Shown: positions 8,912-18,580 of the stretch, in pieces
How positions within the stretch are numbered: the stretch's first letter is position 1
How the letters are laid out: every line of letters begins with the position of its first letter
Source: Dehalococcoidia bacterium
GTDB taxonomy: Bacteria > Chloroflexota > Dehalococcoidia > GIF9 > AB-539-J10
Reading direction: 5' to 3'
DNA length: 64,000 nucleotides
Assembly: GCA_007129495.1 (NCBI GenBank)
Contig: SKVJ01000034.1
Span: 2,190-66,189 of the forward strand
Position numbers and translations under genes: made by a program
Notes under the pieces: generated by a model
Databases searched by the model: none
The model's input: the letters and a program-made list of their open reading frames with translations, nothing else
What the model was told of the DNA's origin: nothing

Positions 8912-10105
8912 CTAGAGGAGCGGCCCGGTATTGTACATCAGCAGCATCTCGCTATAGCGCGAGTGCATCTCCTGTTTGCACGGCTTGCCCGAAGCGACTG
9001 CAACCAGTTCTTCGAGGATGCGTTGGCCAACGTCGGCGACTGTTTCCGACCCCTCGATGATGGTGCCCGTATAAATGTCAAAATAGTCCATCTGGGGTTT
9101 GTCCTGCGGGCTGCTGAAGACCTTGAGAACAGGCGAGATGGGGATGCCGCCGGTTGCGACTGTGTACGCGCGCAGCTTCGTAGGCAAGCCTGCTCCGTAG
9201 TTGAGGCTCTGTACCTGAGCACCGCCGGCAGCAAAGCCTACAAAGATCTGCGGTGTGTTGGCCGATCCGTCCATGAAGAACATCCCTTTGCAGGGTGGCC
9301 GCTCGCCCCACTCGAGCACGCCCCTAATTTTACTCTTGCCGCTCTTGGCGATGGCACCAAGCGATTTCTCCTCGAGTGTAGTCATGCCGCCAAGTATGTT
9401 CGCAGGAACAGGCTGGGAGCCGCGAATGTCTACGCCGGTTGCCCGAATCCTATCTTCCATTCGGGTAGCAACTTCGACGATTCGACGGGAAACCTCGTCG
9501 GTCTCACCTCTGCGCGCGAGCAGGTGCTCGGCGCCTATTATCTCTGCTGTCTCAGAGAAGAGGAATGTGCCACCCTGTTCTACCAGCGTATCTGCTGCCC
9601 AGCCTATGGCGGGATTGCATGCCATTATCGAAGCGGGTGTGGACCCTGTGCACTTCGATGCAAAGGTCAGATAGCTGATATCGAAGCCCTCACGTTGGAG
9701 CAGCGATGCATCGGCCAGCATCAGACTTGCGGCCCGGATGCCTTTCTCGAGAGCGTTGTCATAGCTTCCTTCTCGCTCAATGGTGACAAGTTCGACCGGC
9801 TTGTTCGATGCAGCTATGCCGTCCGCCACAGAGTCGGCGGGTATTCCATCGCATCCGACCCCCACTACCACGACTCCTGCCACGTTGGGGTTACAGCCGA
9901 GTCCCACGAGGGTTCGTTCAATCATGTCTTTGTCGGGCTTGACATTCACGCAGGCGCCATTGTGGGGTAGTGCAACTACGTTGCCGCCAACCTCCATCGC
10001 AATCCGGTCGGCGAGTTCATTCCCGCACTGTACCGCAGGGATTACCGCGATATAGTTGCGTGCTCCGGCCGTGCCGTCTGCGCGTGGATATCCCATGAAC
10101 TCCAT
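8912..10105 (-). CDS. UxaA/GarD/SuyB-family large subunit without SAF domain (paralog b, divergent class)
   Basis: Same length as paralog a and about 70% identical to it by eye. Starts MEFMGYPRADG. RBS GAAGGAG lies upstream. Confidence 0.8.
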   Translation of the reverse strand: MEFMGYPRADGTAGARNYIAVIPAVQCGNELADRIAMEVGGNVVALPHNGACVNVKPDKDMIERTLVGLGCNPNVAGVVVVGVGCDGIPADSVADGIAASNKPVELVTIEREGSYDNALEKGIRAASLMLADASLLQREGFDISYLTFASKCTGSTPASIMACNPAIGWAADTLVEQGGTFLFSETAEIIGAEHLLARRGETDEVSRRIVEVATRMEDRIRATGVDIRGSQPVPANILGGMTTLEEKSLGAIAKSGKSKIRGVLEWGERPPCKGMFFMDGSANTPQIFVGFAAGGAQVQSLNYGAGLPTKLRAYTVATGGIPISPVLKVFSSPQDKPQMDYFDIYTGTIIEGSETVADVGQRILEELVAVASGKPCKQEMHSRYSEMLLMYNTGPLL

Positions 10106-10158
10106 ATACTTACTCCTTCCGTCCTTCCGCGTTACCGATCGGCGTGTGGTGATTCTTG

Positions 10159-10929
10159 TTACTGCATATACCAGCCATTGGCGGTCCAGCCAGCATCGAC
10201 GGTCAGATTCGCCCCGGTGATGTTCTTCGCGTCTTCGGAGGCAAGGAACATCGTGGATTGGGCGATATCCTCGCTTGTGCTCATCCGTCCAAGTGGTGTT
10301 CGCCGCAGCACCGCTTCCTCGTTCACTTTTCCCTGCTCGACGAAGTTCCTGACGAGGTCGGTAAGAACGTAGCCAGGTGACACTGCGTTCACGTTGATGT
10401 TGTATTTGCCCAGTTCGGCAGCCAGGACCATTGTCAAGTTGATAGTTGCGGCCTTCGAGGGCGCATATGCCGTGCGCATGACAGGCCCGGTGAGTCCAGC
10501 CGCCGATGCGATGTTCACAATTTTGCCTGCTCTGTGTTCAATCATCCACCGCGCTGCAGCCTTTGAGCAGAGGTAGGTGCCGCGGAGGTTGATATCGATA
10601 ACACGATCCCAGTCGGATACCTGCTGCTCGATTAACGGGACGATAGGTTGGCTGATGCCCGCGTTATTCACGAGTATGTCGATCCCTCCGAACTCGGCTA
10701 CGACCCGGTTGACCATCTCGTTCACCTGGTCCTCGTCGGCTACATTCGCCTCGATGGAAATTGCGTGTGCGCCGATCTGTCGCGCCTGTTCGGCGGTATC
10801 CTCCGCCGTCGCCATATGCGCAGCGTTCACTGCCACGGTTGCGCCTTCGCGTGCGAAGCCTAGGGCAATGGACTGGCCTATTCCCCTGCCGCCACCGGTC
10901 ACCAGCACGTTCTTGCCTGCGAACCTCAT
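10159..10929 (-). CDS. SDR family oxidoreductase (FabG-like)
   Basis: Carries TGGGRGIG, NNAG and YAPSK. RBS AAGGAGGGA lies upstream. Confidence 0.85.
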   Translation of the reverse strand: MRFAGKNVLVTGGGRGIGQSIALGFAREGATVAVNAAHMATAEDTAEQARQIGAHAISIEANVADEDQVNEMVNRVVAEFGGIDILVNNAGISQPIVPLIEQQVSDWDRVIDINLRGTYLCSKAAARWMIEHRAGKIVNIASAAGLTGPVMRTAYAPSKAATINLTMVLAAELGKYNINVNAVSPGYVLTDLVRNFVEQGKVNEEAVLRRTPLGRMSTSEDIAQSTMFLASEDAKNITGANLTVDAGWTANGWYMQ

Positions 10930-10947
10930 ATTCCCTCCTTCTTCCTG

Positions 10948-11907
10948 CTAGGTGCGCCCCTGCCGGACGTCCTTGATGAAGTCACCTATCGCCTCTTCGC
11001 GCGTGAAAGAGGTCTGCCAATTCCAGTCCTGCACTGCGAGGGTATCGTCCATTCTGTGCTGGATGACACCGTAACGTGTATCCATCACATGCTGGTACTC
11101 GGGATCGAATTCCCACGTTATTTGTGCATCTGGCACGTGCGCAAGGACCCCATCCACGAGTTCACGGGTTGATGCTGAGAATCCGTCGAGGTTATACATC
11201 CTCGTGGTCAATTGGCCTTCTTCAGCATCTGCCAGCTTCATCAGACTGAGAGCTGCATCTTTGACATAGATGAATCGCAGTCGCAGGTCCTCGTCGACTT
11301 TGATGACATAAGGATTGCCCTTAGCGCATTCTTCGATGACGAGTGAAGTGTAGGCGCTCCAGCCCGATCCGGGCACGCGGCCAGGTCCCAGTATCGACAG
11401 AAACCTGACGCCGCGGAAGTTGGTGCCGTAGCGGCGGTAGTAGTATTCACCAAGTCGCTCGCTGCAGACCTTCGTCACGCCGTAAAGCATCTCCGGGAAC
11501 TGTGGGTGATCGTTTGGTACCGGCTCCGGCAACTGGCTGGCAAAGGTGGCGGTGGTACTGGAGTAAACGACCGTTCCCACGCCAAAGAGCCGAGCGGCTT
11601 CGAGCACACGCATGGTGCCGTTCACATTGATCTCCCACGATGCGGCGTGATTGCGCTCACTATTTGGCGGCATCAGGGCGGCGATGTGATAGATAGTGTC
11701 CGGGCGATTGCTCGCAACCGCGTGCATGATCTCAGCCCAGTTAGTAAGATCGGCGTGGATGAGTGTCACTCGGTCCCGTATGTCAGCTGGCAGCTTGGTT
11801 GCGGGAGCGACATCCAGGATGTCCACGCGCTCACCGCGCGCCAGCAGCATGCGGGCCAGCTGACGTCCTACCATGCCGACTCCGCCGGTAATCATACTGC
11901 TGCTCAT
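10948..11907 (-). CDS. NAD-dependent epimerase/dehydratase family protein
   Basis: Start trimmed to MSSSMITGGVGMVG (Rossmann GxxGxxG), preceded by AAGGAG. Carries the YGVTK catalytic YxxxK. Confidence 0.75.
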   Translation of the reverse strand: MSSSMITGGVGMVGRQLARMLLARGERVDILDVAPATKLPADIRDRVTLIHADLTNWAEIMHAVASNRPDTIYHIAALMPPNSERNHAASWEINVNGTMRVLEAARLFGVGTVVYSSTTATFASQLPEPVPNDHPQFPEMLYGVTKVCSERLGEYYYRRYGTNFRGVRFLSILGPGRVPGSGWSAYTSLVIEECAKGNPYVIKVDEDLRLRFIYVKDAALSLMKLADAEEGQLTTRMYNLDGFSASTRELVDGVLAHVPDAQITWEFDPEYQHVMDTRYGVIQHRMDDTLAVQDWNWQTSFTREEAIGDFIKDVRQGRT

Positions 11908-12302
11908 CTTGCTACTCCTTGTTCCACCCGCGGGGCACCTCCGACAGTGCATGGTGCTGCTACACGCTGCTATTGCGAAGCCCCAGTTGCTCTTCAGCGG
12001 TGATTGTATCTTACGCAACAGCCGGCATGTGTGCCGTAGTGTCGATGCTCACCCGCCCAATCTCAGTGTCAAATCACTCGAACTGAATAGCTGTGTTCAA
12101 TAATGGTATCGGCCGGTTACGCATTGAGGCCGAGCATATTCTTTGTCTGCGGATATCCTTTTGGAGGACTCACCAGCTACGACTTCTCGTCGACGGGAAT
12201 ACCATGCAATGTTGCCCTGAATCTACACACGCCGTGATGGCCGCTTCCGGGCACTTTGCCCGGAAGCGCATACCTCGGACGGCGGCACTGTCGTTCGTCA
12301 GT

Positions 12303-12845
12303 CTACCTGGTTAGTTCCTTGAGTTTCTCCTCTGTTATAAGACCTTCGTCGAAGGCAATCTCGGCTGCCCATTGAGCAGCTTTGCCGCAGACCTCAGGGC
12401 ACACGCTATCGTGCCCTCCCGCGTCGTCGAACTTCTTCATCTCGTCGGGATCGGGCAGGAAGTACGGGCGACCGAACAGCTTCGTCTGCATGTCGCGGCA
12501 GATGACGCTGCCGTACTCGTCCACGAACTTGCGGTGCAGCTTACGGGCTGTGGCGAAGCTCACGAACCTCAGCTTCTCAGGGTCGGCGAAGTTGCTGCGC
12601 TCACGGCCGCGGAGGCCGCTTAGGAAGAGAATCCCCCCCACGTAGGCGCCGCAGCCCGCGTCACCCATTGTGGCACCGCCTCCCGCATAGCCGCTCATGG
12701 CCTTGAATACCTCATCATTGGGCATGTCAAACGCATCCTGCAGTGCGCCAACTACGCACTGCCCGCAACCGCGATACGTTCGTTCATATTCGTAGCCAAG
12801 GTCGTAGGCCTTCTGCAGGACCTGTTCCTTCTCTTTGCTTTCCAT
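12303..12845 (-). CDS. C_GCAxxG_C_C family putative redox-active protein
   Basis: Start trimmed to MESKEKEQ after AAAGGAGG. Carries an RGCGQCVVGAL motif and further downstream Cys residues typical of the family. Confidence 0.6.
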   Translation of the reverse strand: MESKEKEQVLQKAYDLGYEYERTYRGCGQCVVGALQDAFDMPNDEVFKAMSGYAGGGATMGDAGCGAYVGGILFLSGLRGRERSNFADPEKLRFVSFATARKLHRKFVDEYGSVICRDMQTKLFGRPYFLPDPDEMKKFDDAGGHDSVCPEVCGKAAQWAAEIAFDEGLITEEKLKELTR

Positions 12846-12876
12846 GTGGTGTCCTACCTCCTTTGAGTTACGATCA

Positions 12877-14019
12877 CTAGTGAGTGACATCGCGCAGCCA
12901 GATGTCGACGTACATGCCGATCTTCAGCGCCTCGGCTTTCGTCATCCTGCCCGAGGCGACTTCGATAATCTCCTTGTAGAGGCGTGCGCCACGCTCCTCT
13001 CTGGTCTCGTCCGCTGCTGGATCGACGCAGAAGTCCATGAGGTCCGCGAGGCAATCGCACGTAGTTGGGTTAGCTGTCGCCTTAATCATGGGAACGAACG
13101 GAAAGCCCCAAGGGGCTCCCTTGCCGGTGGAGAACACCATCACAGTGGCACCCGCCGCAGCCAATCCCGTGATGGCCTTCGGAGCTTGACCGGCGGTGTC
13201 GACGATGTATAGGCCTTTGCCGCCCGGCCTCTCGCCCAGTTCGAGTACGCCATTGAGTGGTGAGGTGCCGCCCTTGATGATGGCACCCAGCGACTTCTCT
13301 TCGAGCGTTGTAAGTCCTCCGGCGATGTTAGCCGCCGCGATATTGGCACCCGGCACGTTGCTCGTGATGCGGCTTTCAAGCCTGGTGACGATGTCGATCA
13401 GCCGATCCCTCACTTCTGGTGTGGCCGCGCGGCGTGCCAGCACATGCTCAGCCCCCGTCATTTCCGTGGTTTCTCCAAATACACATGTGCCACCCTGCGC
13501 TACGAGCATATCGCATGCGGCTCCGAGTGTCGGGTTTGAGGCCAGACCGGATGTCGTGTCAGAGCAGCCGCATTTTGCGCCCAGGAACAGATGTGAGTCG
13601 TCCACCGCTTCTCTGTTCACCCTGGATATATCCATGGCCATCATCCGGGCAAGCCGAAGTCCCTCGGCAAAGGCGTTGTTCACTCCTCCCATTTTGTGGA
13701 CTACGATCTTTTCGACCGGCTTGCCGGTACGTGCGATGCCCTCTTGGATGTGATCGACTGATCCCTCACCGCCGAGACTTACCAGCAGTACGGCCCCGAG
13801 GTTGGGATTGCAGCCCAGAGAAATGAGCGTTCGGTGGACGACTTCGGTGTCGAATTCGGACTGGCCACAGCCCTGCTGATGCGTGAAGTGCGAACAGCCG
13901 GGGACCTGGCTTGAGATCCACGTGGCGATATCGTTTGCGCAGACAACTGTAGAGATGATGCCGACGTAGTTCCTCGTGCCGACGGTTCCGTTAGGCCTCA
14001 CATATCCGAGAAAGCTCAT
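12877..14019 (-). CDS. UxaA/GarD/SuyB-family large subunit without SAF domain (paralog c, classical-like class)
   Basis: Start trimmed to MSFLGYVRPNG after GAAGGAGGA. Carries the GGLTTLEEKSLGAI core and an ASGRMTKAEAL C-terminal region. Confidence 0.8.
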   Translation of the reverse strand: MSFLGYVRPNGTVGTRNYVGIISTVVCANDIATWISSQVPGCSHFTHQQGCGQSEFDTEVVHRTLISLGCNPNLGAVLLVSLGGEGSVDHIQEGIARTGKPVEKIVVHKMGGVNNAFAEGLRLARMMAMDISRVNREAVDDSHLFLGAKCGCSDTTSGLASNPTLGAACDMLVAQGGTCVFGETTEMTGAEHVLARRAATPEVRDRLIDIVTRLESRITSNVPGANIAAANIAGGLTTLEEKSLGAIIKGGTSPLNGVLELGERPGGKGLYIVDTAGQAPKAITGLAAAGATVMVFSTGKGAPWGFPFVPMIKATANPTTCDCLADLMDFCVDPAADETREERGARLYKEIIEVASGRMTKAEALKIGMYVDIWLRDVTH

Positions 14020-14080
14020 ATTTGCCGTCCTCCTTCGATTATCGTAAGGGTGCCGTGTGCCGGCAGTGTCAGCTTTCGAA

Positions 14081-15277
14081 TTAGAACACCGGCCCCGTTC
14101 GCCACATCTCGAGTACCTCACGGTACCTGGGGGCGAGCTCCACCTTCGACGGTTTGCCCGAGGCGACCCTCAGGATCTCGTCCAGCAGACGCTTCCCGAC
14201 GTCGTCAACCGACTCCACGCCTTCGATGATACTGCCTGCATAGACGTCGAAGTAGTCCATCTCGCTCGGGACGTGGGGACTGCTGACTATCTTGATGACA
14301 GGAAGTATAGGCAGATTGCCGAGCGACGAGGCAGGCATGCCGCGAAAGCGCGCTGGAAGGCCTCCGCCATAGCCGAAGGTCATTATCTGTGCGCCGGAAG
14401 CGGCGAGCCCGAGCGCCATCTGGGGTGTGTTGGCCGACCCGTCCATGAAGAACAAGCCTTTGCCCGGGAGCTTCTCTCCCCACAATATGACATCCTGCAG
14501 CGGTCTAGTGCCGCTCTTCGCAATGGCGCCGAGCGATTTCTCCTCGATGGATGTCAGGCCACCCTTGATGTTTCCGGGAGTCGGTTCGGAACCGAGGATG
14601 TCCACACCGGCATCAGAAATCCGCTTATCCATACGCGCAACTGCATCGAGAATCTTCTGACCGATCTCCGGTGTCGCGCCGCGTCGAGCTACGATGTGCT
14701 CCGCCCCTATGAGCTCTGCAGTCTCCGAGAAGACCGCGGCACCTCCTGCATCGACTACCTGGTCGACAGCCCAACCTGCAACCGGGTTGCAGCCTAGGGC
14801 GGATGTCGTATCGGAGCCTCCGCACTTGACGGCCAGCTTGAGCTCAGCCACGCCGAAAGGCTCCCGCTGCATAAGTGCGGCAGCCGACCTCATCTGTTTC
14901 GCAAAGGCGATGCCCTTCGACACGACAGTGTCGTAGTCGCCCTCGCGCTCAATGGTGAGTACCTCAACCGGCTTCCCGGAAGCTGCGATGTCGGCGGCGA
15001 GGTCGACTGCCGATATCGAGTCGCAACCGATGCCCAGGACCAGGGTGGCATACACGTTGGGGTTCTGGCCCAGACCGGTCAGCACCTGGCGGGCAGCGGC
15101 GTTGTCTGGTCCGACGTGCACGCACGGCTGATTGTGCAGCAGGGGGTGAACCCCCGCGCCAGCCTCATCGGCGATGCGGCAGGCCATCTCGTTTGCGCAT
15201 CGGCCTGCGGGAATGAGCGCCGTCACGTTTCGGACACCAACAGAGCCATCGGGTCGACGGTAACCGAGGAACTCCAT
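14081..15277 (-). CDS. UxaA/GarD/SuyB-family large subunit without SAF domain (paralog d, divergent class)
   Basis: Starts MEFLGYRRPDG. Shares FMDGSANTPQ and the ...WRTGPVF C-terminus with paralogs a and b. RBS AGGGAGG lies upstream. Confidence 0.8.
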   Translation of the reverse strand: MEFLGYRRPDGSVGVRNVTALIPAGRCANEMACRIADEAGAGVHPLLHNQPCVHVGPDNAAARQVLTGLGQNPNVYATLVLGIGCDSISAVDLAADIAASGKPVEVLTIEREGDYDTVVSKGIAFAKQMRSAAALMQREPFGVAELKLAVKCGGSDTTSALGCNPVAGWAVDQVVDAGGAAVFSETAELIGAEHIVARRGATPEIGQKILDAVARMDKRISDAGVDILGSEPTPGNIKGGLTSIEEKSLGAIAKSGTRPLQDVILWGEKLPGKGLFFMDGSANTPQMALGLAASGAQIMTFGYGGGLPARFRGMPASSLGNLPILPVIKIVSSPHVPSEMDYFDVYAGSIIEGVESVDDVGKRLLDEILRVASGKPSKVELAPRYREVLEMWRTGPVF

Positions 15278-15310
15278 ATCTTGCCTCCCTTACTTGGTTG
15301 ACAGGGCCGT

Positions 15311-17080
15311 CTAGACCTGGCCGGCCTGCCCCATATAGGCGCCTTTGGTTGCTGACGTCGCGAGTTGCGTGTAGGCGCCCAGGATACCGCCTCTGTATTT
15401 CGGAATCCACGCGGGCTTCCGGGCCTTCCGCTCCTCGAGAATCCTCTGGATCTCCTCAGGGGACTTCCTGTCTCCCTTTACGCCAATGATGTTAAGCCCA
15501 CGCCGCGACAGACTTATCTCGATGATGTCTCCGTCCTCAACTAACCCGATGGGGCCGCCTGCTACCGACTCGGGCGACACGTGTCCGATGACCGGCCCGG
15601 CAGTCGCCCCTGAGAAACGGCCGTCGGTGACGAGCGCAATGGACTTGCGGTACTTCTCAATGCCCACGATGGCCGCTGATGTCAGGAACAGTTCAGGCAT
15701 ACCGCAGCTTTTGGGTCCCTCGTTGCGGACTATTGCCACATCTCCCGGCTCCAGCTTGAGTCCGGTCACTGCCTCGAAGCACTCCTCCTCTGAGTCGAAG
15801 ACGACCGCCTTGCCGACATGCTCGTACATCGCGGGGTCGCAGGCGCTGTACTTGAACACAGAACCCTCGGGAGCGAGGCTCCCCATCAGTATTGCCACCG
15901 ATCCCTTGGCGCTCTTCGGATCATCCGGGTCACGGACAACATCCGTACGCTGCAGCCGGCGGCTGCCGTCTACGGTTGAGTAATTCCCAAGGTAGCCCTC
16001 GCCCATTTTGAAGAAGTCCGACCTCTTCACGTTTTCCAGGTTCTCACGGACGGTGAGTCCGGTGACAGTCAGTGCTTCCATGTCGAGAAGTCCGGAATCC
16101 GCCAGCAGCATAATGATTCGTTGAACGCCGCCCGCGAACCAGAACTGTCTCGATGCATATTCCCCGGCAGTATGCAGGTTGGTGAGGTAGGGGGTCTTCT
16201 GTCCGAGAGTGTCAAACATCGTCACGTCGAACGGCACTCCAGCCGCATGAGCTATGGCAGGAAGATGCAGCAATCCATTTGTCGATCCCCCGGTTGCCTG
16301 GTGGATGACCACTGCGTTGCGGAAAGCTCCCTCGGTGAGGATATCCTTTGCCTTGAGTCCGCAGTTCAGCAGGTTCATGACCATGTGCCCGGCATTGCGT
16401 GCATTGTTCAGCACGTATCGCTGAGTAGCAGGAGCCAGGGCTGCGGTGGGTGGCGCCATTCCCAGGGCTTCAGACATCACTTGCATGGTCGAGGCGGTGC
16501 CCATGAACTGACATGCGCCATCGCATGGTAGCGTGTGGTCCTGGATGAAGGCGAAGTCTTCCTTGGATAGCAGATTCGCCAGTACCTGGCCGTGCCCCTT
16601 GCCAACGTCTCCCTCCATCATGTAACAGGGGCCGGGCTCGTTGGAGCCGCCTGGAACTACCACAACCGGCATCAGTTGGCTGAGCCTCGCTGAAGCTACT
16701 AGGCAGGCGGGCAGTCCCTTGTCGCAACTCGACATGAGAATTGCGCCGTCGAACATGTGCGTATTGGCGTAGATCTCGACCATGCTGGCGATGAACTCCC
16801 GCGAGGCAAGCGGGTAGTTCATGCCGTCATGACCCTGCGCTATGCCGTCGCACACGTCTGATGTGCTGTACTTGAACCCAGTGCCTCCTGCAAGGGCCAC
16901 GCCCATCCGGGCCTCCTGCACCAGCTTGTCCAGATGATAGCTGCCTGGATGCGCCTCACCTGCCGTAGAATGCAGCAATATGTGCGGCTTAGCCAGGTCC
17001 GACCTTACGAATCCGCCGGGAGCATACAGCGACGGCACTTGCGGAGAGCATCTCTGCAGCTTCTCGCTCCTTGTTTCCAT
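15311..17080 (-). CDS. IlvD/Edd family dehydratase (dihydroxy-acid / sugar-acid dehydratase)
   Basis: Start trimmed to METRSEK, 6 nt after GGAGGAG. Carries the SSCDKGLPA (CDK) motif and a C-terminal TDGRFSGAT motif. Confidence 0.85.
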   Translation of the reverse strand: METRSEKLQRCSPQVPSLYAPGGFVRSDLAKPHILLHSTAGEAHPGSYHLDKLVQEARMGVALAGGTGFKYSTSDVCDGIAQGHDGMNYPLASREFIASMVEIYANTHMFDGAILMSSCDKGLPACLVASARLSQLMPVVVVPGGSNEPGPCYMMEGDVGKGHGQVLANLLSKEDFAFIQDHTLPCDGACQFMGTASTMQVMSEALGMAPPTAALAPATQRYVLNNARNAGHMVMNLLNCGLKAKDILTEGAFRNAVVIHQATGGSTNGLLHLPAIAHAAGVPFDVTMFDTLGQKTPYLTNLHTAGEYASRQFWFAGGVQRIIMLLADSGLLDMEALTVTGLTVRENLENVKRSDFFKMGEGYLGNYSTVDGSRRLQRTDVVRDPDDPKSAKGSVAILMGSLAPEGSVFKYSACDPAMYEHVGKAVVFDSEEECFEAVTGLKLEPGDVAIVRNEGPKSCGMPELFLTSAAIVGIEKYRKSIALVTDGRFSGATAGPVIGHVSPESVAGGPIGLVEDGDIIEISLSRRGLNIIGVKGDRKSPEEIQRILEERKARKPAWIPKYRGGILGAYTQLATSATKGAYMGQAGQV

Positions 17081-17135
17081 TGTCGTCTCCTCCAAATCAG
17101 GTTTGTCTACTCGGTGTGTAGGCGTGATTGCGACA

Positions 17136-18290
17136 TCAGATGATCATGCGGAAATGGATATCGAATTCCCTGTGGCCTAGTGCCTCCGCTTTGGCGAGCT
17201 CGCCGTTGGCCACTGCCACGACCTTATCGAATATCTCCTGTCCTACCGACTCGAGTGTGCCCTCCCCGTCGACAATGACACCTGCGTTCACATCGATGTT
17301 CGGCTCCATTTTGCGATAGAGCACACTGTTCGTGGACACCTTGAGCACGGGCGCTATGTTGGCGCCGACAGGGGTACCCCGGCCGGTGGTGAACACGATA
17401 AGGTGGCAGCCCGCTGCCAGCAGACCAGTGTTGTTCATCACGTCGGCAGCGGTGGCGTCCATGATGATAAGGCCCTTCCTCACGGGATGCTCTGCGTACT
17501 TGACGACCTGCGTGATGGTAGTGTTCCCGCCCTTGCGGATGCAGCCGAGCGACTTCTCTTCAATACTGCTCAAGCCCCCCTCTATGTTGCCGGGCGAAGG
17601 CTGCGTGCCGCGTATATCAACGCCACCGGTCATCGCGGTCTTCTCGGCGTTGGCAATGGCTTCGAAGATGTCCGCGGCCACCCGCTCATCAAGCGCGCGG
17701 CGCGCCAGAACGTTTTCGCAGCCCAGCATCTCCGTGGTCTCGGAGAAGATCGCTGTGCCGCCCTCGGCGATGAGCTTGTCGGCGGCGATACCCAAGGCCG
17801 GGTTCGCGGTGAGGCCGGAGAACGCATCAGACCCGCCGCACTCGCAGCCCAAGATGAGTTCGGAGAACGGGATCGGTTCCTTCTGCAGTCTGCCGGCATC
17901 CTCGACCATCTGCGTGGCGAGCCTGATGCCTTTCTCGACACAGCCCGGAGTGCCGCCGTCCTCCTGGACGCTCACCACCGCATATGGCTGTCCCATTTCG
18001 TCAAGGTAGGGCATCAGCACTTCCGGCGTGATAACCTCGCAGCCATTCTCCACGAGCAACACGCTTGCCACATTGCCGTGGCCGCAGATGCCGACCATGG
18101 TCCGGATGACCTGTTCCTTGTCTTCACCGACATGTCCACAACCCGCGCCATGGATTGCGTATACCGAACCTGGCACCTTCTCGCTGATCATGCGTGCTTC
18201 TTCCGAGGAGCACACAACAGTCGGAAATACCAGAACGTGATTACGTATGCCGACCTTGCCTGTCTTTCTGCGGTATCCCATGAATTCCAT
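17136..18290 (-). CDS. UxaA/GarD/SuyB-family large subunit (paralog e, classical class), paired with a SAF small subunit
   Basis: Starts MEFMGYRRKTG. Carries GGLSSIEEKSLGCI and a TTGRGTPVG...ANGELAKAEALGHREF C-terminus like full-length UxaA. The start lies 2 nt after the stop of the SAF ORF. Confidence 0.85.
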   Translation of the reverse strand: MEFMGYRRKTGKVGIRNHVLVFPTVVCSSEEARMISEKVPGSVYAIHGAGCGHVGEDKEQVIRTMVGICGHGNVASVLLVENGCEVITPEVLMPYLDEMGQPYAVVSVQEDGGTPGCVEKGIRLATQMVEDAGRLQKEPIPFSELILGCECGGSDAFSGLTANPALGIAADKLIAEGGTAIFSETTEMLGCENVLARRALDERVAADIFEAIANAEKTAMTGGVDIRGTQPSPGNIEGGLSSIEEKSLGCIRKGGNTTITQVVKYAEHPVRKGLIIMDATAADVMNNTGLLAAGCHLIVFTTGRGTPVGANIAPVLKVSTNSVLYRKMEPNIDVNAGVIVDGEGTLESVGQEIFDKVVAVANGELAKAEALGHREFDIHFRMII

Positions 18291-18292
18291 CG

Positions 18293-18580
18293 TTATTTGT
18301 CCCCCCTTCCTTTCTGGCTCTCCATGTTATGGATGTGTACATGCTGCCCGGCCTTGATAGGTTGGATCGCGAGGCCGATGGCTTCTCCGTACTTGACAAC
18401 TGGCTCGTGTAGAGCGATATCGGACAGCGCGAATTTGTGGCCGAATGGGATGTCCTGGGCCAGTGTGCTGGTGATCTCCTGGCTCTCCAGGGAGACGGTC
18501 ACAGTGTCTCCTGCTTTGAGATCCTGGAAGGCGGTCGCCACATTGTCCTTTGTGTCGATGAGGATTGCCTTGGGTTTCAT
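18293..18580 (-). CDS. SAF-domain small subunit of a UxaA/SuyA-type dehydratase or lyase
   Basis: MKPKAILIDTKDNVATAFQDLKAGDTV resembles the N-terminal SAF domain of UxaA. Start chosen 10 nt after GGAGG. An alternative ATG lies at 18589. Confidence 0.7.
   Translation of the reverse strand: MKPKAILIDTKDNVATAFQDLKAGDTVTVSLESQEITSTLAQDIPFGHKFALSDIALHEPVVKYGEAIGLAIQPIKAGQHVHIHNMESQKGRGDK

Noticed and set aside
8699-9970. Long antisense or out-of-frame ORFs overlapping well-supported genes. Examples are 8699-9970(+), 17403-18602(+), 14057-14797(+), 24658-25428(+), 25743-26552(+), 38586-39317(-), 45380-46132(+), 57754-58554(-), 59410-60603(-) and 61115-61804(-).
   Set aside because: They are shadow ORFs, typical of GC-rich coding DNA. 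They lie opposite genes with clear family motifs, lack RBSs and have Arg/Ala/Gly/His-skewed low-complexity composition.
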